Positions 10,275 to 17,142 of a DNA stretch of 64,000 nucleotides are shown in pieces. How positions within the stretch are numbered: the first letter of the stretch is position 1; the number at the start of each line of letters is the position of its first letter. Both the position numbers and the translations under genes were made by a program. Below the pieces are notes generated by a model. It was not told where the DNA came from. It searched no databases and worked only from the letters and a program-made list of their open reading frames with translations. The DNA comes from Hyalangium minutum (GTDB lineage Bacteria; Myxococcota; Myxococcia; Myxococcales; Myxococcaceae): contig NZ_JMCB01000030.1 in the NCBI RefSeq assembly GCF_000737315.1, positions 1-64,000 on the forward strand, given 5' to 3'.

Positions 10275-11489
10275 GTGCTGACGAGGGACTTGCTCCTGTT
10301 CCGGGTCCGGGAGGGACGGCTGCGCCCTTCGTTCATCAAGCGGGACGATCCGGAGCTGCTGGCCATCGCCCAGGAGCTGATCGCAGAGCTGGACGGTGGC
10401 AAGGGACAGACGCGGGATGACATCGAGGAAGCACTCTCCCTGCGAGCTGGAGCCTTCTCGAGGCCTCGCATCGCCAAAGGTCTGGTGAAGCTGCTGCTGG
10501 ATCGGGCTCTTTTCGACGAGGCCGCAGAGGGCGTAGCGGAGGCCCGCTGGGAGCGATTCCAGCGGGCCTCTCAGGTGCTGCGGGAGCTGCCTCCCGATGC
10601 GACGCTGGAGACCTACGAGTCCCGGCTCGCGGAGGCCCTGCCCGCCCCTCTCCCCGAGGTGCGCGAGGCGCTCTACATCGACCTGCCCGGCAACCGGAGG
10701 CTGCTGGGCTGGGAGGCACTCACCCCAGCCGGAGTGTTGGACCGCTACAACTTGGCGCTCGCGCAAGGCCCGCTGATGGGAGCAAGACGCCTCACCCTGC
10801 GAGCGCGCTCGCCGGAGCTGCTCCGAGTCCGAAAGCTGCTGCGGTGGCTGAAGTTCTGCCGCTTGGTAGCGGAGGTGCGGCGGGACGGAGAGGACTGGGC
10901 GCTGGAGGTAGAGGGCCCGGGAGCGCTGCTCTCGCTGCAGAAGAAGTACGGGCTGCAACTGGCGAGCTTCCTCTCGGTGGTGCCGGTGCTGGAGCGCTGG
11001 GAGCTGACAGCCGAGGTGGAGGCCCACGCCCGGCGCCGGGCCGTGCTGGTGCTGGACCACCGGGACCCGCTGGTCTCCCCGCTGCCCACGGCGCTCGGCC
11101 ACATCCCCGAGGAGGTGGCCACCCTGGCCCAGGGCTTCGAAGACGCGGCGTGGGAGGTGGACCTCACCCCACTGCCGCGCCACATGGGAGCCTCGGGACT
11201 GTGCGTGCCGGACCTGACCTTCCGCCACAAGGAGACGCGGCGCGAAGTGGCGCTGGAGCTCTTCCACGCGTGGCACGCGGGAGCGCTGGCACGAAGACTC
11301 GGCGAGCTACGCTCTCGGCCTGACGCCGGGCTGCTCCTCGGAGTGGACCGGGCCCTGGCCAAGGGCGAGGAGCGCGCGGCACTGGAAGCCCACCCTCAGG
11401 TGGTGCTCTTCAACGGCTTCCCCTCCGCACGGAGGCTGCTGGACCGCCTGGCCCGGCTCATCGAGGAGCCGGCGCCCGCGGGTACCTGA
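10275..11489 (+). CDS. DUF790 family (Bax1-like) nuclease
   Basis: MLTRDLL start, RYNLALAQG, LEVEGP..KYGLQLASF, PDL.F motif; GTG directly follows the helicase TAA. Confidence 0.85.
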   Translation: MLTRDLLLFRVREGRLRPSFIKRDDPELLAIAQELIAELDGGKGQTRDDIEEALSLRAGAFSRPRIAKGLVKLLLDRALFDEAAEGVAEARWERFQRASQVLRELPPDATLETYESRLAEALPAPLPEVREALYIDLPGNRRLLGWEALTPAGVLDRYNLALAQGPLMGARRLTLRARSPELLRVRKLLRWLKFCRLVAEVRRDGEDWALEVEGPGALLSLQKKYGLQLASFLSVVPVLERWELTAEVEAHARRRAVLVLDHRDPLVSPLPTALGHIPEEVATLAQGFEDAAWEVDLTPLPRHMGASGLCVPDLTFRHKETRREVALELFHAWHAGALARRLGELRSRPDAGLLLGVDRALAKGEERAALEAHPQVVLFNGFPSARRLLDRLARLIEEPAPAGT

Positions 11490-11506
11490 GCGAGACCCAG
11501 CGCGGG

Positions 11507-11890
11507 TCAGGTGCCGTTGTTGCCGCCCCGGCCTGGGCGGAAGTTCGACGCCAGGACGCTCAGCAACCGGATGGAGGTGCGGTCCAGCTGGCGAGCGCGG
11601 CGCATGAGCCGGCGCAGCTCGGCGGGTTCGCCGTGGTCCGAGGGCGGCTCGGCCACCCACTTCAGGTCGCCCGAGGGCTTGAGGCCCAGCGCCTCGTCCG
11701 CGGAGATAGAGAGGACGACGCAGAGGCGGCGGAAGGTCTGGATGCTGGGCAGCATGTGGCCGCGCTCCAGCCGGCCGTAGACTTCGCTCGCAATGCCAAT
11801 GCGCTCGGCGACGTCGGCCTGCGTGAGATTGAGGCGCTGTCGGGCGAGGCGTGCTGCCCCTCCGAGCCTGGATGCGAGGGTCTTTTCCAT
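11507..11890 (-). CDS. XRE/Cro-family HTH regulator
   Basis: ARQRLNLTQADVAERIGIASEVYGRLERG..PS. Confidence 0.87.
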   Translation of the reverse strand: MEKTLASRLGGAARLARQRLNLTQADVAERIGIASEVYGRLERGHMLPSIQTFRRLCVVLSISADEALGLKPSGDLKWVAEPPSDHGEPAELRRLMRRARQLDRTSIRLLSVLASNFRPGRGGNNGT

Positions 11891-12015
11891 GTTCGTTAAC
11901 CCAACGGGTTCGCCTATGTCGATATGACTTGCAGGGTTGGCTTCCAAGAACTCCCCGGGTAGGCTTGGTTTGAGGCAACCAAGCAGGTCACATGGCTCAT
12001 GGAGGTGTCTTGGGT

Positions 12016-12408
12016 ATGGCTCGGTATGAGAGGGCGTCTTTCCTCTTCGTGGATCAAGACCCGTGCTGGCTGGCGGCGCTGCGGCGCGCGAGCAGGGACC
12101 TGCCAGGTCCCAAGCACTTCGCGCGGAACGCGGAGGAGGCCCTGACGCTGGTCTGGGTCCACGAGCCCGAGGTGGTGGTGAGCGGCTACACCCTGCCCGA
12201 GGGGGATGGGCTGAGCCTGCTGGAGCGCATCCAGGTGCTGTTCCCGCAGGTGGCGTGCGTGCTGCACACGTCACGCCCACCGAGACAGCTGCGCAGCGCC
12301 CGGGGCATCGCGCTGGTGGAGAAGGGCGCGGCGCCCGGGCGACTGGAGGCGGTGCTGAGCGCGCTCTGCCCGCCGGAACTCAGCTCGCGGTGGGCGTCAC
12401 GGCATTGA
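12016..12408 (+). CDS. pseudo-receiver domain protein
   Basis: FLFVDQD, PEVVVSGYTLPEGDGLSLL (Asp replaced by Gly); GGAGGTG RBS at 12001. Confidence 0.65.
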   Translation: MARYERASFLFVDQDPCWLAALRRASRDLPGPKHFARNAEEALTLVWVHEPEVVVSGYTLPEGDGLSLLERIQVLFPQVACVLHTSRPPRQLRSARGIALVEKGAAPGRLEAVLSALCPPELSSRWASRH

Positions 12409-12958
12409 GGCTCACCATGGCATCGCGCTTCATCCCGGACTTGAGGAAGTCCTGGATGGCGCGGGCCAGGGTGGTGCCGAGCAGACCGATGAGCGGCAGG
12501 TGCTCGCCGCCCTCGCAGGTGGCCTGACCGGGCTGGTCCTCGGCGTCGGGAGCGAAGCGCTCGTCCCAGCGAACGATGCCGAAGGTGCCATCGCCGGAGA
12601 CAGCCGCGTGCACGAGCGGCTTGCCCGCCTTGCGAGCGAAGCCCGAGAGCAGCTCACGGCTGGCCTTGTTGTCGAAGCAGTCCACGAGCAGGTCCGCCGA
12701 GCCGCAAAGGGCCTCGACGTTGTCGGCCACGAGCTTGACGCCAAAGGACTCGGCCTTCACGCCGTAGAAGTTCTGGAACTGGAGCTTGAGGGCCTCGGCC
12801 TTGTTCTTGCCGATGGACTGCTTCACGTAGGCCTGAGCCAGGACGTTCTTCGACTCGACGCGGTCGAAGTCGACGAAGCAGAGCGTGGCGTTGAGGTTGC
12901 GGCAGAAGATGGCGGCGGTCGAGCCCAGCGCGCCCACTCCACAGAAGACGATACGCAT
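12380..12958 (-). CDS. minimal ThiF/MoeB/E1-like adenylating enzyme
   Basis: GVGALG, DFDRVESKN, KNKAEA, LLVDCFDN..SR; Cys in QATCEGG; no CxxC Zn pairs. Confidence 0.88.
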   Translation of the reverse strand: MRIVFCGVGALGSTAAIFCRNLNATLCFVDFDRVESKNVLAQAYVKQSIGKNKAEALKLQFQNFYGVKAESFGVKLVADNVEALCGSADLLVDCFDNKASRELLSGFARKAGKPLVHAAVSGDGTFGIVRWDERFAPDAEDQPGQATCEGGEHLPLIGLLGTTLARAIQDFLKSGMKRDAMVSLNAVTPTAS

Positions 12959-12969
12959 GGTGGCTCTCC

Positions 12970-13380
12970 TCAGCCGGGTGGCAGCTCGGGTAACGGTTCA
13001 GCTCCAGCGCCCTCGGTCATGCCCGAGGCGAGCCGGAGCAACTGGGTCCACCAAGGCTCTTCGGCAGCCCGTGACTCCTGCCCCTCCCGGTCCCTGACGA
13101 GCATGCCGTCCGGAGCGACCACGGAGAACCGGGGCCGCTTGCCGAGCGCCTGGATGAGCGCCTCCATGGTGGTCTCGTCCTCCTGGGAGAAGGCCAGCGG
13201 CCCCACAGGGTGGCTGTGGGCAATCTCCGCGAGCTGGGCGCGGAGGCCCCAGATGGCCTCCCAGCGAGCCCGGGAGTCCGGGAGTGCTACGGGGCTCGCG
13301 GAAGCATCGCTCCAGAGGATCCGCCCTTCGCCATCGATGAGGAAAAGCACCTCACGTCGCATGGGAGTGCCCTCACGCAT
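12970..13380 (-). CDS. JAB/MPN+ (JAMM) metalloprotease
   Basis: N-terminal Glu (RREV) and HSHPVGPLAFSQED = HxH-x7-S-x2-D. Confidence 0.83.
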   Translation of the reverse strand: MREGTPMRREVLFLIDGEGRILWSDASASPVALPDSRARWEAIWGLRAQLAEIAHSHPVGPLAFSQEDETTMEALIQALGKRPRFSVVAPDGMLVRDREGQESRAAEEPWWTQLLRLASGMTEGAGAEPLPELPPG

Positions 13381-14368
13381 GCCGCAGGATGACGAGGCGA
13401 TCGGTATCGATCGCCTCCTTGATGACGGACGGGAGGCTCTCGAGCGTCACGAGATCGTCACGCGGCGGGTGGCCGAGGCAGATGCCGGAGTCGATCACCT
13501 GAAGGGTCCGCATGTTCACCACGGAGATGAAGCGCTCGTCCTTGAAGGTGAAGATGACCTCCAGGTTGCCGTCGCCCAGGGCGCGGGCGGTGCGCATCCG
13601 GGCACCCGCGGCCTCCAGCGCCAGCTCGGCGCGAGCGATCGCATCCTCCTGGCGAACCCGCCCCCTCCCCTGCCGAGCCTCAGGGACAGCGAGCTGCTGC
13701 GCCTCGACGGCGCGCTGGGCCATCTCAACGACCTGGCGGCGGCGGTTCAGCTCCATCATCTCGCGCTGGGCCAATGCGCGCTCAGCGGCGAGCGCACGCA
13801 AGGCACGCTCGGCCTCGGGGCGCCCGAACTCGGCGACCTGGGCCACGTGGGGCCGCAGTTCCGCGGCAGCGGCCGGGATTCCGAGCCGACGGGCCGCCGC
13901 CTCCATCACGGAGTAGGCGAACGCCGCGCGCAGGGTGGCGGGCACGGCCTTGACCTGGGCCAGATTCATATCGTCCTCGAGCGCACGCCGCACGGACTCC
14001 TCGGCCTCGCTCTCGAACTCGAGCGACTCGAACAACAGCTCTCCGGAGTGCCAGCGCCGAGCCTTGACGGGGGACAGCCGGGGAGGCTCCTCGGCGGGGA
14101 GAAAGTGGACGCGCTCGGCCATGGCCCCATCGCGCACGAGCCGCTCGCCCACGAGGTGCCCTCGCACGGCAGGGCACTGATCCAGGGCCTCAGGCTCTGC
14201 GGGCCCCACGGGAGTGGCGTCGCGGCCCTTGATGCGGAAGGTGTACCAACCTGGGGCGGCGGGCTCAGTGCTGAGCCGCAGCCGCCGCTCCGCGGCATGG
14301 AGAAACGCACCGCCGAGGTACGGCAGCACGCGCTCCTCCTCCTTGCCCAGGAACTTCCGGTAGTCCAC
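13373..14368 (-). CDS. hypothetical protein: N-terminal beta domain, coiled coil, C-terminal DSGICL domain
   Basis: 331-aa ORF coupled to JAB (8-bp overlap); C-terminal VIDSGICLGHP..VTLESLPSVIKEA. Confidence 0.75.
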   Translation of the reverse strand: MDYRKFLGKEEERVLPYLGGAFLHAAERRLRLSTEPAAPGWYTFRIKGRDATPVGPAEPEALDQCPAVRGHLVGERLVRDGAMAERVHFLPAEEPPRLSPVKARRWHSGELLFESLEFESEAEESVRRALEDDMNLAQVKAVPATLRAAFAYSVMEAAARRLGIPAAAAELRPHVAQVAEFGRPEAERALRALAAERALAQREMMELNRRRQVVEMAQRAVEAQQLAVPEARQGRGRVRQEDAIARAELALEAAGARMRTARALGDGNLEVIFTFKDERFISVVNMRTLQVIDSGICLGHPPRDDLVTLESLPSVIKEAIDTDRLVILRHA

Positions 14369-14384
14369 GCCCGTCTCCTCCTGC

Positions 14385-16190
14385 TTACGCCGTAGCGCTC
14401 TTCTTGGAGACGACTCCCGAAGGCGTGAGCTGAAGCAGCGGCGTGCGCATCACCCGCTCGACCCAGCCGGACTGCGCCACGGTGCCCGCGGACACCGGCG
14501 CATCCATGAGCGCCTTGAGCACCCGAGGTACCTGGTAGGGGTCATTGAAGCTGTCGACGGAGACCTCGCTGAAGGGCACCTTGAGCTGATTGGCGCCGCT
14601 CTTCACGGTGCTGCCCCGCGCGTGCGACACCGAGACGAGCATCGCCATGGCCGACACGGCGTAGCCGCACTCGCGGAACGCGCGAGCGAACTGGTCTCCG
14701 GCCTCGCCCGCCTCATCGCCCACGACGATGACAATCAGCCGGGCGGTGGGGGGAAAGGCGACACCGGACTGGTGCAGGGCGCGCACGGCGGCGGCGTGCA
14801 TGGTGCCACCGCTGGCCTTGATGTCCTTGAGCATGTGCTGAACGGCGGTGCGCGACGGCGCCTTGGGCCGGAGCACCGTGCCCACCGTGTCGAAGGTGGC
14901 GATGTGGAGCTTGTCCATCGGGAAGCCCGCGAGGATGCGCGTGAGGGCCTCCTTGGACTGCTCGATGGCACCCTCCATGGAGCCGGACTTGTCGATGAGG
15001 AACATGACGCGCACGTCCGCCTCGCTCGTGGCCTCGGAGACGGCCTTGCGAGCGGCATTGTCGGCGGCCTCCTCCAGCTTGTCGCGCAGCTCCTTGTTGC
15101 GGACGTTCTTCGCCACGTTCAGCGCGCGCTGATCGGTGGACTCGGCGACGGCCTTCTCCCAGCGGGCACGGATCTCAGGCTCGGCCATGAGCCCCAGTTC
15201 CTCCAGGGTGGGCGTCATCAGCCGCAGGTCCCGATCCGACAGCGAGGGCAACAGCGTCACCATGATGGCGGGCGTAAGCCCCACATCCTTCGGCAGCCGG
15301 CCGACCACCTCCTTATAGGTGAGCTTCTGCGTCTCGATGGCCTCGCAGATCTCCGCCTCGGAGAGCCCGTCGAAGCGCTCGCGCTTCTCCAGCTTCAGTC
15401 CCGTGAGGCCCACCTTCCGGTGCCCGCTCGCGGCCTGCTTCTGCTTCCAGCCGAGAACCTCGAAGAACGCCTGGGACTCGGGCTTGTAGCCCGCCTTGCG
15501 AGCGATCTTCTTGATGGTCTCCTTGAAGCCCGCCTTCACCAGGCCCTCGAGCATGGCGGGGTTCCTCTCGCGGAGCGCCAGCCACTTGGTGGCAGCGCGC
15601 TTCCAGCGTCCGAGCGGCGGCTTCTTCGAGCCGGGATCCGAAAAGCCCGCGCGGCGATTGAGCGCGGCGATCTCCGGCGTCTCCAGCAGCTCGGCCACGC
15701 GGAGCACGCCCTTGGGGGTGAGCATGCGCGTGGACTTCTTCTCGTAGTGCAGGAGCATCGCCTCGCCGATGGAGCGGAAGTCATCGTCGAGGAAGGCCAC
15801 CGAGCCATCGTCCTCGCGCACGGGCTGGCCCGAGCGGCTCTGCACCAGCATGAGCGCGGCACACGCCACCTTGAGGTCGCGCCACTCGGTCTGAGTCAGC
15901 GCGTACGAGGCGAAGTGCGCCATCAGGTCCTGGTTGAGCTGGTAGATCTCCAGCAAGCGCCGGTAGAGGTTCACAGCGGCCGGGACGAAGAGGCCAGGAG
16001 GAACACGCGCGGCGTTGGCGGGGACCGCCGCGTTCCGGCCGCGAGGAGCGGGCTGCCAGACGTTGCGGACATTGAGGCCGGGGCGGTTGTGCCACAAGTG
16101 GGCCGAGGCGCTCAGAACCAGGTCGAGCAGCTTCTCGGCGGGGCCCAGCTGGGCCTCCGGGAGCAGCGGCGGGTTGCGCGGGGTGTTCAT
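14385..16190 (-). CDS. helical domain + C-terminal vWA protein (putative divergent Ro60/TROVE-like)
   Basis: MIDAS FLIDKSGSM, GGT, VVGDE; basic alpha-helical N-terminal ~390 aa; GGAGGGA RBS before ATG 16190; Ro-like call inferred from the adjacent RNAs. Confidence 0.78.
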   Translation of the reverse strand: MNTPRNPPLLPEAQLGPAEKLLDLVLSASAHLWHNRPGLNVRNVWQPAPRGRNAAVPANAARVPPGLFVPAAVNLYRRLLEIYQLNQDLMAHFASYALTQTEWRDLKVACAALMLVQSRSGQPVREDDGSVAFLDDDFRSIGEAMLLHYEKKSTRMLTPKGVLRVAELLETPEIAALNRRAGFSDPGSKKPPLGRWKRAATKWLALRERNPAMLEGLVKAGFKETIKKIARKAGYKPESQAFFEVLGWKQKQAASGHRKVGLTGLKLEKRERFDGLSEAEICEAIETQKLTYKEVVGRLPKDVGLTPAIMVTLLPSLSDRDLRLMTPTLEELGLMAEPEIRARWEKAVAESTDQRALNVAKNVRNKELRDKLEEAADNAARKAVSEATSEADVRVMFLIDKSGSMEGAIEQSKEALTRILAGFPMDKLHIATFDTVGTVLRPKAPSRTAVQHMLKDIKASGGTMHAAAVRALHQSGVAFPPTARLIVIVVGDEAGEAGDQFARAFRECGYAVSAMAMLVSVSHARGSTVKSGANQLKVPFSEVSVDSFNDPYQVPRVLKALMDAPVSAGTVAQSGWVERVMRTPLLQLTPSGVVSKKSATA

Positions 16191-16272
16191 GGGAGTCCCT
16201 CCGAGCGGGCAGTCTCCCCGAAACACGGCCTGGCGCGCGACCCTTTCTGCCGCTGCGGAGTGGAAGAAGTAT

Positions 16273-16406
16273 GCGCCCGAGTGAAGAAGCCTTGTTTTTA
16301 GACCCGCGCTCTAACCACTGAGCTATCTCCCGATGGTCGGGAGAGCCGGATTCGAACCGGCGGCTTCAGGTTCCCAAGTGCTTGTATGGCCTCTTCGGCC
16401 GGACGC
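16273..16406 (-). ncRNA. Y-RNA-like (YrlA-type) permuted tRNA mimic, copy 1
   Basis: Terminal stem GCGUCCG/CGGGCGC and GAAGAGGCC/GGCUUCUUC enclosing ACCUG-AAGCC, T-arm GCCGG-UUCGAAU-CCGGC, UCUCCCG-ACCAU-CGGGAGA, UA, D-arm GCUC-AGUGGUUA-GAGC, G, CGGGU; GCCGAAG motif. Confidence 0.8.
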
Positions 16407-16429
16407 GAATTCGTCAGAGAAAAATTGAA

Positions 16430-16562
16430 ACGCCCGAGTGGGGAAGCCGTTGACGTCTCGAGTCGAAGTCGAGTGCCTGTCCATTAGGCTATCCCGTCAT
16501 ATGGTGACGGGAGTTGGAGTCGAACCAACATAAGGGCTTGTATGGCCTCTCCGGCCGGGCGC
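16430..16562 (-). ncRNA. Y-RNA-like permuted tRNA mimic, copy 2, with intact anticodon arm (UCG)
   Basis: Terminal stem GCGCCCG/CGGGCGU and GGAGAGGCC/GGCUUCCCC enclosing T-arm GUUGG-UUCGACU-CCAAC, UCCCGUC-ACCAUAU-GACGGGA, D-arm GCCU-AAUGGAC-AGGC, anticodon arm CUCGA-CUUCGAC-UCGAG. Confidence 0.8.
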
Positions 16563-16607
16563 TTCAAAACCGTTTACCGATACCTCGAAGGACGCGGCGG
16601 CGCGGCC

Positions 16608-16620
16608 CCCCTGACAGGGG
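16608..16620. promoter_or_regulatory. perfect palindrome, candidate operator
   Basis: CCCCTG-A-CAGGGG between the RNA operon and the divergent lipoprotein gene. Confidence 0.3.
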
Positions 16621-16724
16621 ATTTTTTTGGCCATTCCTCCTCGGATTTCTGAGGCGGCCGCGACTCCAAACCCGCGAGCTTCCATGTGGCCCTCGCGGGA
16701 ATGGGCCTTGCAGCCAGGAGCGGT

Positions 16725-17066
16725 ATGCGAAAGAGCCTGCTTCTCTTCCTGATGTTCAGCGCCACGGCCTGCGGAGGAATGCTCGGGTCCGACGTGACGG
16801 GCCAGTCCTCGAATCCGGGCACCTACCGCATCTCGGACAGCGGCGTTCGCTGCGTCACGGCACCGTGCCCTTCTCTGCTCGCCACCCCGGAGGGTTCGGA
16901 GAAGGGCGTGCGAATCAGCGAGATCCACTTCCCTGCTTCGATGCTGGAGGCAGATCGGCGGGGCGTCATCAGCCGGGCGGCCACCTCCGGAGGACTGGTG
17001 GCGCGCGGGACCGTGCACGGAGCGGAAGGCACGGGCGTGTTCGAGCTCGAGGCCATCATCGAGTAG
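16725..17066 (+). CDS. small lipoprotein with CVTAPCP motif (DUF6748-like)
   Basis: AGGAG RBS, lipobox SATAC, DSGVRCVTAPCP. Confidence 0.7.
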   Translation: MRKSLLLFLMFSATACGGMLGSDVTGQSSNPGTYRISDSGVRCVTAPCPSLLATPEGSEKGVRISEIHFPASMLEADRRGVISRAATSGGLVARGTVHGAEGTGVFELEAIIE

Positions 17067-17089
17067 AGCGCCCGCGGCCGAAATGAAGA

Positions 17090-17119
17090 GAGCCACCGCC
17101 CAGACAGGCGCGGTGGCTC
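17090..17119. terminator. hairpin between convergent genes
   Basis: GAGCCACCGC / GCGGTGGCTC 10-bp inverted repeat; no U-tract. Confidence 0.5.
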
Positions 17120-17142
17120 GAGACTTCAGGCTCGCTCAGCCG

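Noticed and set aside
16334-16362. attR copy of the tRNA-Pro 3' end
   Set aside because: TGGTCGGGAGAGCCGGATTCGAACC differs at several positions from TGGTCGGGGAGACAGGATTTGAACC; the likeness reflects tRNA mimicry; no integrase
16302-16529. Ordinary tRNA genes or tRNA pseudogenes
   Set aside because: The 3' halves precede the 5' halves, and each unit is closed by a shared covarying stem, which is not random decay
16273-16562. CRISPR-like direct repeats
   Set aside because: Only two copies, split into 5' and 3' parts that pair with each other; no cas genes
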